Of a stretch of 64,000 nt of DNA, positions 18,932-29,007 are shown piece after piece. The number at the start of each line of letters is the position of its first letter. Within the stretch, counting starts at the first letter, position 1. Made by a program: the position numbers and the translations under genes. The DNA comes from an uncultured Candidatus Rokubacteria bacterium (GTDB lineage: Bacteria; Methylomirabilota; Methylomirabilia; Rokubacteriales; CSP1-6). The notes beneath the pieces are model-generated. The model saw only the letters and a list, made by a program, of their open reading frames with translations. It made no database searches and was not told where the DNA came from. The stretch lies in the NCBI GenBank assembly GCA_963771355.1, contig CAVYTA010000006.1, forward strand, positions 1,440,001 to 1,504,000. The letters are read 5' to 3'.

Positions 18932-20949
18932 CCGCGGTCGCCGCCGCGCTGCGCTGGGCGCATCTCCTCTTCGCCTTCCTCCTCGTCGGCATCTTCGGGC
19001 TCACCCTCCTGGCCGGCCGCGCCACGCACCCCACGCCGCGGGCCTGGGAGGCGCGCATGCTGGCCTGGAGCCGGCGCGCCGCGCTGGCCGCGCTCGGCTC
19101 GGGGGTGCTGCTGCTCGCGCTGCAGGCCGCGCATGTGGCGGGACGCGCCGGCGCGGCACTCGAGCCCGCGGCCTGGATCGGCGTGCTCCTCGGCACGCAG
19201 TTCGGCGCGGTCTGGCTGCTGCGCATGGGCGTGATCCTTCTCCTCACCGCCCTGCTCCTGCTTCGCGAGCGGGAAGACTCCACCGCGGACTGGGCGGCCC
19301 TGCGCGTGGAGGGCTGGCTGCTCGCCGCCGTCGCCGCGGGCGCGCTGGCCTGGGCCGGCCATGCCGCGGCGGTGGAGCCCAGCGGCCGCCTGGCCCTGGC
19401 CGGCGATCTCCTCCATCTGGTCGCCGCCGGCGTCTGGCTCGGCGCGCTCGCGCCGCTGGTTGCGCTGCTCCGCGCCGCCGCCACGCCGGCCGGCGCGGAC
19501 GGACGCCCGCACGCGGTCCTGGTGGTGCGCCGCTTCTCGCAGCTCGCGCTCGTCGCCATGCTGACCCTCATCGCCACCGGGCTCTGGAATACCTGGATGC
19601 AGGTCGGCGATGTGCCCTCGCTGATCGGCACGCGCTACGGCTGGCTGCTGCTCGCCAAGCTCGCGCTGCTCGGGCCCATCCTGGTGCTGGCGGCGGTGAA
19701 CCGCCGACGGCTCCTCCCCGCGCTCTCGGGCGAGGCCGTCACGGTGGGCCGCCCCGCCATGACGCGGCTGGCCCGGTTCGTCAGCTTCGAGTGCCTGCTC
19801 GCGCTGGCCATCGTGGCCGTGGTCGCCGCGCTCGCGGTCACGCCGCCGGGCCGGCACGACACCCCCTGGTGGCCCCTGTCGTTCCGCCTCTCGTGGGAGG
19901 CCACCGCCGGCCTGCCCGGCGTGCGAACCCGCTTCCTCATCGGCAGCCAGATCGCGGTCGCCGGGCTGCTCGCGCTCGCGGTGGCGCTGGTGATCGCGCG
20001 GGCGCGCCTGCTGGCCGCGGCGGCGGGCCTGCTGCTCCTCGCCATCGGGTTGGCCACGGCGCTGCCCCCGCTCTCCGTGGACGCCTACCCGACCACCTAC
20101 CGACGGACGGCGGTGCCCTTTCACGCGTCGTCGATCAGCCGCGGGCTCGAGCTCTATCGCGGCCACTGCGCGGCCTGTCACGGCGTCGCGGGCTGGGGGG
20201 ACGGGCCCGGCGGCGCCGGGCTTCCCCGGAAGCCGGCCGACCTCACCGCGGCGCACACCGCCCAGCACACCGCGGGCGACATGTTCTGGTGGATCACCCG
20301 CGGCATCCCGGCCGGGGGCATGCCGGGCTTCGCGGCGGCGCTTTCCGAGGAAGACCGCTGGGACCTGATCAACTTCATCCGCGCGCTGTCCGCGGCCGAC
20401 AGCGCGCGCATGCTGAGCCCGGCCGTCGAGCCGAACCGTCCGCGCGTCATCGCTCCGGACGCCACCACCGTCCTGGGGCCCCTGCCCGCGAGGAGCCTCA
20501 AGGAGTTTCGAGGCACTCGATCCGTACTCCTTGTATTCTTTACGCTTCCTGATTCGAAGCGACGCCTGGAGCTGCTCGCCCGGAGCTACGAGACCCTCCA
20601 GGCGCTGAACATCGAGATCGTGGCCGTGCCGCTCGACGGCGGCGACGGCGTGCTCTCCCGGCTCGGGGGAAACCCGCCGATCTACTTCCCCGTGGTGACG
20701 GAGGGAAGCGAGGAGATCGCGCGAGCCTATGGGCTCTTCCGGCGTACGCTCTCGCCGGAGGGCATGACGCCGGATCCCCCGATGCCGTCACACATGGAGC
20801 TGCTCATCGACCGGGCCGGCTACCTGCGGGCTCGCTGGATTCCGGGGGCCGGTGGCCCCGGCTGGGCCTCGCTGCCCGCGCTCCTCGCCGAGATCCAGCA
20901 GCTCAATCGCGAGACACCCGCGCCTCCACCCGCCGAGCACGTGCACTAG
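18928..20949 (+). CDS. CopD-family membrane protein fused to cytochrome c and a thioredoxin-fold domain
   Basis: WAGHA, LHLVAAGVWLG, RRFS, YGWLLLAK (CopD); CAACH...GMPGF (haem c); SLKEFRG.RSVLLVFF...LIDRAGYLRARW (redoxin fold). Confidence 0.85.
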   Translation: MTAVAAALRWAHLLFAFLLVGIFGLTLLAGRATHPTPRAWEARMLAWSRRAALAALGSGVLLLALQAAHVAGRAGAALEPAAWIGVLLGTQFGAVWLLRMGVILLLTALLLLREREDSTADWAALRVEGWLLAAVAAGALAWAGHAAAVEPSGRLALAGDLLHLVAAGVWLGALAPLVALLRAAATPAGADGRPHAVLVVRRFSQLALVAMLTLIATGLWNTWMQVGDVPSLIGTRYGWLLLAKLALLGPILVLAAVNRRRLLPALSGEAVTVGRPAMTRLARFVSFECLLALAIVAVVAALAVTPPGRHDTPWWPLSFRLSWEATAGLPGVRTRFLIGSQIAVAGLLALAVALVIARARLLAAAAGLLLLAIGLATALPPLSVDAYPTTYRRTAVPFHASSISRGLELYRGHCAACHGVAGWGDGPGGAGLPRKPADLTAAHTAQHTAGDMFWWITRGIPAGGMPGFAAALSEEDRWDLINFIRALSAADSARMLSPAVEPNRPRVIAPDATTVLGPLPARSLKEFRGTRSVLLVFFTLPDSKRRLELLARSYETLQALNIEIVAVPLDGGDGVLSRLGGNPPIYFPVVTEGSEEIARAYGLFRRTLSPEGMTPDPPMPSHMELLIDRAGYLRARWIPGAGGPGWASLPALLAEIQQLNRETPAPPPAEHVH

Positions 20950-20950
20950 C

Positions 20951-21328
20951 ATGCGGCTCTGGCGAGTCATCCTGCTGGTCAACCTCGCGCTGGTGCTGGG
21001 CCTGCTCCTGGGATATCTCGCCTGGGGCCGGCCGCTGGACGCGACGCAGCGGGAGCTGGCCGAGCTGCGGGGCCAGGCGGTGCCCGTCGGCGTGGAGCGT
21101 GTGCTGCGCGCGCGCGGCGTGGTGCGGGCCGTGGTGCCCGAGATCAACGTGATCGTGCTCTCCCACGAGGAGATCGCGGGCTTCATGCCCCCGATGACCA
21201 TGGGCTTCCGCGCGCAGGAGGGCAAGCTCCTCGACGGCGTGCAGGTGGGGGACGTGCTCACCTTCACCCTGCGCGGCGTTCCCCCCAATCTCGTGCTCAC
21301 CGAGCTCCGGAAAGAGGGCCGGCTCTGA
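20951..21328 (+). CDS. membrane-anchored CusF-like copper-binding protein
   Basis: SHEEIAGFMPPMTMGF (H-x6-M-x2-M-x-M) and N-terminal TM helix. Confidence 0.8.
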   Translation: MRLWRVILLVNLALVLGLLLGYLAWGRPLDATQRELAELRGQAVPVGVERVLRARGVVRAVVPEINVIVLSHEEIAGFMPPMTMGFRAQEGKLLDGVQVGDVLTFTLRGVPPNLVLTELRKEGRL

Positions 21329-21756
21329 TGCGGCGACGCGCCGGCGCCGTCCTCCTCGCCGCGGCGCTCGCGGCGGCGGGGCCGGTGCTCGCCGGCCACA
21401 CGCCCGGCGCCTCCTTCCCCACCCTGCGCTCCGACGCCGTGAAGCGGCTGCTCGACGTCCGGGAGCCGCTGGTGCTCGTGGACATGCGCAAGCCGGCGGA
21501 GTACCGCGCGGGCCATCTGCCGGGGGCGATCTCGCTGCCCATCACCGAGCTGGAGCGCCGCTATCGCGAGATCCCCAAGGGCCCGCGGGTGATCCTCTAC
21601 TGCGGCTGCCCGCTCGAGGAGATGGGAAGCGTCCACGCCTTTCTCGCCGGCCTCGGCTGGAAGAACCACGTCGTGCTCGAGGACGGCTTCGAGGGCTGGT
21701 ACAAGAGCCAGTATCCCCGTCGTGAAGTAGCCGCCGCGCCCCGACTTCCGAATTGA
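21328..21756 (+). CDS. exported rhodanese-like protein
   Basis: Signal peptide; VDMR..EY.AGHLPGAI, ILYCGC, LEDGFEGW. Confidence 0.85.
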   Translation: MRRRAGAVLLAAALAAAGPVLAGHTPGASFPTLRSDAVKRLLDVREPLVLVDMRKPAEYRAGHLPGAISLPITELERRYREIPKGPRVILYCGCPLEEMGSVHAFLAGLGWKNHVVLEDGFEGWYKSQYPRREVAAAPRLPN

Positions 21757-21819
21757 GGACGGCGCGGGTGAGGTAGTGTCGCAGCCTGATCCGCACCGTG
21801 CTCCGATCGAGGTGATTCC

Positions 21820-23263
21820 ATGGGCCGTTTGATCGTCGTCTGCCGTGGCCGTCGTCACGCTCGCCGGGTCGCCCGCCTCCGCGCCAGGACGTGGAATCCC
21901 TCCGCCGCGAGGTCGAGGCCCTGCGGAAGCAGCTCCAGTCCGTCACCGAGCGCTTGCAGGCCATGGAGGCGCGTCCGGCCCGCCCGCGCCGCACATTCCC
22001 GCCCCTGCCCGCCGGCCCCTCGCCGCGACGCCGGTCGCCGCGCCCGCCCGGCCGCCCCGCGCTCGCGACGCGGCCCCCGTCGCCCAGGCCCCCACGGCAA
22101 TCGTCCGCGCCGCCGCCCGCCCCCGGGCTCGCCGACTATGCGCGCCCGCACCAGCCTTTCTCGCTGGCCGAGCGCCGCGGGCCCGGCCAGCTCCTCTTCG
22201 ACATCGGGCTCAGCGCGGATTTCGTGGGCAACCTCACCCAGCGGAACGTGGAGAAGGCCCAGGGCGGCACCTTCGCCGGCCAGGAGAACCGCTTCTTCCC
22301 GCGCGCGATCGAGCTGGGGCTGTTCGGGCAGATCGACCCCTATGCGCGCGGCGTGGTGCGGTTCGAGGCCGGCGAGACGGTGGAGGACGGCGAGCGCGGC
22401 TTCCACGTGGAGGTCTCGGAGGCGCATCTCACCCTCCTCACCTTGCCCTTCAATACCCAGCTCAAGCTGGGCCGCATGCTCAACCGCTTCGGCATGCTCA
22501 ACCAGATCCACGAGGACGATCTGCCCCAGACCGATCGCCCCAATGTCCTCGCGCGCTTCCTCGGGCGCGGAAGGCCTCGAACGAGAACGGCGCGGAGCTC
22601 ACCTGGGTGGCGCCTCTGCCCTTCTACCTCGAGGCGCTGGTGGGCGTCTTCGACGGGCGACAACGAGGTCGCGTTCGGCCGCGGCAGCCTGCGCGCGCCC
22701 CCTGCGTCACCGCGCGCCTCCGCACCTTCTTCGAGCTCGACGACGCCAATGCCATCCAGCTCGGCAGTCTCCGCCGCCAATGGCGAGACGCCCGAGAAGC
22801 ACCGCAACACCCTGACGGGCGTCGACCTCAAGTACAAGCTGGTGCCGGAGGGCTGGCGGCACCCGCTGCTCACGCGTGGCCGGCGAGGCTCTCTTCGCGA
22901 ACCGGAAGGTCGACGTCATGGGCGACTCCGACGGCGACGGGATCGCCGACGTGGTCGGGACGACGCACCCGCAAGCGCTGGGGCTGGTACGCGTACGCGG
23001 AGCTCCAGCCGTGGCAGCGCTGGGCGCTCGGCTTCCGCTACGACTGGACGCAGTACCCGACGGCGCCGGGCAGCGAATGGGCGGTGGAGCCCTACGTGAC
23101 CTTCAAGCCGTCCGACTTCCTCCGCTTCCGCCTCGCCTACAAGCACACCGAGCGGACGCATCGGGTCACCGGGCCGGACGACCGCGGCAGCGCGCGCGTC
23201 GTGGACGAGATCCTCTTCCAGGCGACCTTCCTTCTCGGCGCGCATCCGACCGATGCGTTCTAG
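21820..23263 (+). CDS. putative outer-membrane metal-uptake beta-barrel protein, copy 1 (several frameshifts as sequenced)
   Basis: Colinear paralogue of 24671-26092 (ENRFFPR.IEL..FGQ.DPY, FRYDWT, FLRFRL.YKH); ends GAHPTDAF. Confidence 0.7.
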
Positions 23264-23282
23264 CGAGGAGCACACATGTCGG

Positions 23283-24194
23283 ATGCGCGCCCTGGCTCTC
23301 CTGCTCGCGCTGGCGCTCGGCGCTGCTGGTGGACACCGCCGCGGCCGCCGACCGGATCCGCGTGGTCGCCACCATCAACGACCACCGGCTGCTCGTCGAG
23401 GCGGTGGGCGGCGACCTGGTGGAGGTGGACGTCCTCGCCCGCCCCGCCCAGAATCCCGACGACCTCGAGGTCCGCCCCAGCCACATGGCCAAGGTGCGGC
23501 GCGCCGATCTGCTGGTGATCAACGGGCTCGACGTCGATGCCTGGGTGGAGGCGGTGGTGGTGGGCGCGAACAATCCGAAGGTCATCCCGGGCGCCGCCGG
23601 GCGGGTCGATGTCTCGCGCGGCATCCCCGTGCTGGAAGTCCCCACCACCAAGGTGGACCGCTCCATGGGCGACGTGCATCCCGCCGGGAATCCCCACTAC
23701 TATCTCGATCCCGGGCTCACGCCGCTCACCACCGGCACGATCCTCGAGGCCCTCGCGCGGGTGGCGCCCCAGCACCGCGCGACCTTCGAGGCCAATCGCC
23801 AGGCCTTCCTCGCCCGCGTCGAGCGCGGCGCTGGCGGGCTGGCAGCGGGCGCTGAGCCGCTTCCGCGGCGCGCCGGTGGTGGTCTACCACAAGGAGTGGG
23901 CGTATCTCCTGTCGCGCTTCGAGATCCGCCAGGTGGACACGGTGGAGGATCGCCCCGGCATCCCGCCCTCGCCCGGGTCACCTCGTCCAGCTCATCCGCC
24001 GCATGCGCGACGAGAAGATCAAGGCCATCCTCGTCTCGGCGTGGAACGACCGGAGAACCGCCGAGCGCGTGGCCGCCGAGGCGGGCGCGCGGGTCGTCCT
24101 GCTCGCCCATGGCGCGGGCGCGCTCAAGGGGACGGACACGTACTTCGACTTCTTCGACTACAACGTCAAGGCGCTGATCCAGGCGCTGGAGTGA
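23283..24194 (+). CDS. cluster A-I (ZnuA/TroA-like) metal-binding protein, copy 1 (frameshifted as sequenced)
   Basis: IRVVATI, NPDDLEVRPS, GDVHPAGNPHYYLDP, VVYH, GIPPSP. Confidence 0.8.
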
Positions 24195-24254
24195 CCCCGC
24201 CATTTGCGCGCGCGGAGATCGCGGGTGTATAAGGACGAGCCATGAGCTCCCGCC

Positions 24255-24564
24255 ATGCGGCGCATCCTCTCGGTCCACTCCGCGGAGCCTCGGATTCGTG
24301 GTGCTGCTCGCGGTCGCGCTGGTCGCGCTGCTCGTCGCAGGGCGGCCAGCTCCCCACGTTCACGAGAGCGACACGCTCGGGCTCTACAACGAGCAGCACG
24401 TCGTCCAGGGGCTCGCCGCGCTCACGAACGGGGCGCCGCTGCCCGACGCGCCCGCTGCCGCGTATCTGCTGCTCGTGGTGGCGACGGCGGCGATGGTCGA
24501 GGGGCTTCGCCTCGCCGTCCCCGCCGCCCGTCACGCCGCCCCCCGCGCTCCGCCCGTCCGCTAG
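24255..24564 (+). CDS. small His-rich exported/membrane leader protein ending in RAPP (DUF2946/CruR-like); ATG 24255 needs one indel, otherwise GTG 24298
   Basis: Hydrophobic N-segment, PHVH...NEQH, C-terminal APRAPPVR*. Confidence 0.7.
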
Positions 24565-24670
24565 CCTCCCCCGCGCGCTCGAAACCCGACCTCCGTCCGG
24601 CGGCATTCCGCCGTCCGGCCGCACTCGGTCATCACCCACGGGTTTCCCTTCGAACAGGGAGGAGTCTCTC

Positions 24671-26092
24671 ATGCGGACATGGATCGGCATCTTCGCCCTC
24701 GTGGCGCTGGGCCTCGGCGAGGCCCCCGCCTGGGCCCAGGATCGGAACGCAGAAGTGGAGGCGCTACGCCGGGAGCTGGAGAACGTGCGCCGGCAGTTCG
24801 AGACCATGAAGGACGGCTACGAGAAGGCGATCAACACGCTCGCGGATCGCCTCAAGGCGGTGGAGAACCGGCCCGCCGTCGTCACCGTCGCCCCGCCGCC
24901 GACCACGCCCTATCTGGGCGATCTGAGCGCCCAGGCGCGACCGGGAGGCCCGCCCTCCTTGATGGAGCTGGCGCGGCCGCGCGAGCCCTTCGGCCTCTAC
25001 GAGCGGCGCGGAGCGGGTCAGCTTCTCTTCGACATGGGGATCGCGGGCGACTTCATCGGCAATGTCACCCAGCGCAACGTGGACAAGGCCAATGCGGGGA
25101 CCTTCGCGGGGCGGGAGAATCGCTTCTTCCCGCGCGAGATCGAGCTGTCCTTCTTCGGCCAGGTCGATCCCTACGCCCGCGCGGAAGTCCGCATCGAGGC
25201 GGCCGAGGAGTTCGAGGACGGCGCGCGCGAGATCGAGCTGCGCCTCGCCGAGGCGCACCTCACCCTCCTGGCCCTGCCGTTCAATACCCAGGCCAAGATG
25301 GGCCTGATGCGGAACCGGTTCGGACTGCTCAACGAGCTCCACCGCCACGACGGGCCGCAGGTCGACCGGCCGAACGTGCTGACCCGCTTCTTCGGCGAGG
25401 AGGGCCTCGTTGAAGCGGGCGGAGAGCTCACCTGGATCGCGCCGCTGCCCTTCTACCTCCAGCTCCTCGGCGGCGTCTTCAACGGCGACAACGACGTCCT
25501 CTTCGGCTATGGGAAGATCAGCGAGCCCCTCTGGACCGGTCGCGTACGGACCTTCTTTGACTTCGATGAATTTGGAGCGATCCAGCTCGGCGCCTCGGTG
25601 GCCAGCGGGACCGATACCGACCGGCAGCGAAGCACCGTGGTGGGGGTGGACGCCAAGTACAAGTACCGGCCGGAGGGCTGGCAGCACGCGCTCTTCACCG
25701 TCGCCGGCGAGTGGCTGCACCTCACCCGCCGGGTCACGACCGAAGCGGCCGACATCGACGGCGACGGAATCCTTGACACCGAGCCCGAGAAGCGGACGCG
25801 CGAGAAGAACGGGTGGTACGCGTACGCCGAGGTCCAACCCTGGAAGCGCTGGCTCTTCGGCTTCCGCTACGACTGGACCGAGTTCCCCGATACGCGCGGC
25901 CACGAGTGGGCCGTCCAGCCCTACGTGGCCTTCATGCCCTCCGAGTTCCTCCGCTTCCGCCTGGGCTACAAGCACACCGAGCGCGACAAGCGCGACGGCT
26001 TCGGCGACAACGGCGGGAGCGCCCGCATCGTCGACGAGCTCCTCCTCCAGGCCACCTTCATTCTCGGCGCGCATCCCGCGCATCCGTTCTAG
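24671..26092 (+). CDS. putative outer-membrane metal (Zn-type) uptake beta-barrel protein, copy 2 (intact)
   Basis: Signal peptide (AWA-Q), coiled coil, amphipathic beta strands, LHRHD, C-terminal GAHPAHPF. Confidence 0.75.
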   Translation: MRTWIGIFALVALGLGEAPAWAQDRNAEVEALRRELENVRRQFETMKDGYEKAINTLADRLKAVENRPAVVTVAPPPTTPYLGDLSAQARPGGPPSLMELARPREPFGLYERRGAGQLLFDMGIAGDFIGNVTQRNVDKANAGTFAGRENRFFPREIELSFFGQVDPYARAEVRIEAAEEFEDGAREIELRLAEAHLTLLALPFNTQAKMGLMRNRFGLLNELHRHDGPQVDRPNVLTRFFGEEGLVEAGGELTWIAPLPFYLQLLGGVFNGDNDVLFGYGKISEPLWTGRVRTFFDFDEFGAIQLGASVASGTDTDRQRSTVVGVDAKYKYRPEGWQHALFTVAGEWLHLTRRVTTEAADIDGDGILDTEPEKRTREKNGWYAYAEVQPWKRWLFGFRYDWTEFPDTRGHEWAVQPYVAFMPSEFLRFRLGYKHTERDKRDGFGDNGGSARIVDELLLQATFILGAHPAHPF

Positions 26093-26120
26093 TCTAATGC
26101 GGTCACAAGGAGATCGAACG

Positions 26121-27041
26121 ATGCGGCATTTGCTCGACCTCATCCTCGTCGCCCTGGCCGGGCTCGCGCTCCTCGCGGGCCCGGCGGGCGCGGCGGACAA
26201 GATCCGCGTGGTGGCCACCATCACCGACCTCAAGGCCCTCACCGAGGCGGTGGGCGGGGACCTCGTGGAAGTGGACGCGCTCGCCCGCGGGAACCAGAAC
26301 CCGCACGACCTCGAGGTACGCCCGAGCCTCATGGTCAAGGTGCGGCGGGCCGACGTCATCGTGATGAACGGCCTCGAGCTCGACCAGTGGGCCGAGGTGG
26401 TGATCCAGGGAGCCAACAACCCCAAGGTGGGCCCGGGGGCGCCGGGACGCGTGGATGCGTCGCGAGGGCATCCTCGTCCTCGAGGTGCCCAGGACCCGGG
26501 TGGATCGCTCCATGGGAGACGTCCATCCGGCGGGCAACCCGCACTACACGGTCGACCCGGGGATGGCCCCGGCCGTCACCGCCAATATCCTCAACGGGCT
26601 CGCCCGGGTCGCGCCGCAGAGTCGCGCCGCCTTCGAGCGGAATCGGGCGGCCTTCCTCGCGCGGCTCGAGCAGGCGCAGGCCCGGTGGACCGAGACCCTG
26701 GCCCCCGTGAAGGGTGCCCGGGTGGTGGTCGACCACGGCATATGGACGTACTTCCTCACGCGCTTCGGCCTCGTCCAGGCGGCCACGCGTGGAGGAGCGA
26801 CCGGGGATTCCCGCTACGCCCCGCCCATCTCGCCAGGCTCATCCAGCTCATCAAGGACGAGCGCATCAAGGTGATCCTGACCGTGCCGTGGAGCGACCGG
26901 AAGCTCGCCGAGCGGATCGGCCAGGAGGGCGGCGCCAAGGCGGTGCTCATGGCCCCGGCGGTGGGCGGGGTCAAGGGGCTCGACGGCTACATCGAGACGG
27001 TGGACTACAACGTCAAGACGCTGGCGCAGGCGCTGCGGTAG
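26121..27041 (+). CDS. cluster A-I (ZnuA/TroA-like) metal-binding protein, copy 2 (frameshifted as sequenced)
   Basis: IRVVATI, NPHDLEVRPS, GDVHPAGNPHY, VVDH. Confidence 0.82.
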   Translation: MRHLLDLILVALAGLALLAGPAGAADKIRVVATITDLKALTEAVGGDLVEVDALARGNQNPHDLEVRPSLMVKVRRADVIVMNGLELDQWAEVVIQGANNPKVGPGAPGRVDASRGHPRPRGAQDPGGSLHGRRPSGGQPALHGRPGDGPGRHRQYPQRARPGRAAESRRLRAESGGLPRAARAGAGPVDRDPGPREGCPGGGRPRHMDVLPHALRPRPGGHAWRSDRGFPLRPAHLARLIQLIKDERIKVILTVPWSDRKLAERIGQEGGAKAVLMAPAVGGVKGLDGYIETVDYNVKTLAQALR

Positions 27042-27044
27042 ACG

Positions 27045-27884
27045 ATGGCGCGCCGACCTCCTCGCGCTGATGTGGGTGCCCTTCCTGATGTGCCTGGTCC
27101 TCACCGGCATCCACGCCTATCTCGGCATCCACGTCATCGCGCGGGAGGTCGTGTTCGTGGACATCGCGCTGGCCCAGATCGCCGCGCTCGGCGCCACCGC
27201 GGCCTTCGTCTTCGGGTGGGAGCTCGAGACCTGGGAGTCGTACGCGTTCGGGCTCGGCTTCACCATCCTGGGCGCCGTCGTCCTCGCGCTCACGCGCACC
27301 CGGGAGCGGCACGTGTCCCAGGAGGCGGTGATCGGCGTGGTCTACGCCGTCTCCTCCGCGGCGGCGGTGCTGGTGGCGGACCGCTCCCCCCACGGCGCCG
27401 AGCACCTGCGCGGCATGCTCGTGGGCAGCATCCTGAGCGTGCGGCTCGCCGAGCTGCTCAAGGTCGCCGGACTCTACGCGCTGATCGGGGTCTTCCACTG
27501 GTGGTGCCCGGCGGCCGTTCTTCCTCATCTCGACCAATCCGGCGGAAGCCTTCCGCCAGGGTGTCCGCGTCCGCTGGTGGGACTTTCTCTTCTACGCGTC
27601 CTTCGGCGTGGTGGTCACCAGCTCGGTCCGGATCGCCGGCGTTCTCCTCGTCTTCTCCTACCTGATCGTCCCCGCGCTGGCCGGCATCCTCGTGGGCGGG
27701 AGCCTGCGCACGCGACTCCTCGTCGGCTGGGCCTTCGGCACCGCGGTGAGCGTGCTCGCCATGCTCGCCTCGGCCATCCTGGACCTTCCCACCGGCGCCA
27801 CCGTGGTCTGCGCCTTCGGCGTCTGCCTGCTCGCCCTGGGCGCCGTCGGCCGGCCTCCGCGGACGCCCCGCCGCCGCCTCGTGA
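27045..27884 (+). CDS. metal ABC transporter permease (ABC-3 type), frameshifted, ends approximate
   Basis: YLGIHVIAREVVFVDIALAQIAALG, LVGSIL, VRIAGVLLVFSYLIVPA, DLPTGATVV. Confidence 0.8.
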
Positions 27885-28805
27885 TCCGCCACACGCGTGG
27901 TGGGCATGGCGGTGGCCGCGCTCGATCGCGCTGGGGTGCGAGCGGGCCCCCGTGCCGCCTGCGGCGACGGCGCGGCCGCTCGTGGTCGCGAGCTTCTTCA
28001 CGCTCTGGGATTTCACCCGGCAGGTGGCGGGCGAGCGCGCGGAGGTCGTCTCGCTCGTGCCGCCCGGCGTGGAGCCCCACGACTGGGAACCCTCGCCCCA
28101 GGACGTGGTGCAGGCCCGGAAGGCGCGGCTCTTCGTGTACAACGGCGCCGGCTTCGAGCAGGCGGCGGATCGCCTGCTCAAGGAGATCGCAGGAAGCGGC
28201 GCCGCTGCCGGTCAACACCACCGCCGGAATCGCGCTCTCGAGGCGCCGGGAGGCGCGCGGGGGCCCGACAAGGACCACGCCGGACCCGCACGTCTGGCTC
28301 GACCCGGTCCTGGCGCAGGCGCAGGTGGACGCCATCACTGCCGGCCTCACGCAGGCGGATCCGGAAGGCCGAGCCGGGTACGCCGAGCGCGCCGCCGCCT
28401 ACAAGGCCAAGCTCGCGGCGCTCCATGCCGACTTCGAGGCCGGGCTGCGGGAGTGCGCCCGGCGCGACGTGGTGACGTCCCATGCCGCCTTCGCCTACCT
28501 GACGCGGCGCTACCGGCTCAACCAGGTCCCCGTCCTCGGCATCGCGCCCGAGTCCGAGCCGAGCCCCGCCGACCTGGCCCGCCTCGTGCGCTTCGCCCGC
28601 AAGGCCGAGCGTGCGGTACATTTTCTTCGAGACCCTGGTGAGCCCGAAGCTCGCCGAGACCCTGGCGCGGGAGGTCGGTGCGAAGACGCTCGTGCTCAAC
28701 CCGATGGAAGGCCTCACCAAGGAAGAGGCGGCGGCGGGCAAGGACTATCTCGCCCTCATGCGCGAGAACCTCGCGAATCTCCGGACGGCGCTCGAGTGCC
28801 GGTGA
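27881..28805 (+). CDS. ZnuA/AdcA-like metal-binding lipoprotein (frameshifted)
   Basis: LGC lipobox, GVEPHDWEPSP, DPHVWLDP, TSHAAFAY, IFFE. Confidence 0.82.
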
Positions 28806-29002
28806 GGCGCGCGCGGGCCCTGCCCCTCCTGCTGCTCGCCGTCGCCGGCGGGGTCGGCGGCGGCGCGAATGCCGAGCGAGAGAAGGAGAGGAGGGGGGGG
28901 GGGGGGAGGGGGGGGGGGGGGTGAGGGGTGGGTGGGGGGTGACCGAATATCACCGTCGTCGGCTGCCTGCTCGCCGCCGAGGCCTGGACGCGGCTCCGGT
29001 GA
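28802..29002 (+). CDS. possible small membrane protein obscured by a low-quality poly-G tract
   Basis: Hydrophobic start VRRARALPLLLLAVAGG and end NITVVGCLLAAEAWTRLR* flank the G tract. Confidence 0.3.
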
Positions 29003-29007
29003 CGCCG

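Noticed and set aside
28890..28940. Long poly-G/GA tract as a G-quadruplex or phase-variation site
   Set aside because: Irregular low-complexity tract interrupting plausible coding sequence in an error-rich region; most likely a base-calling artefact.
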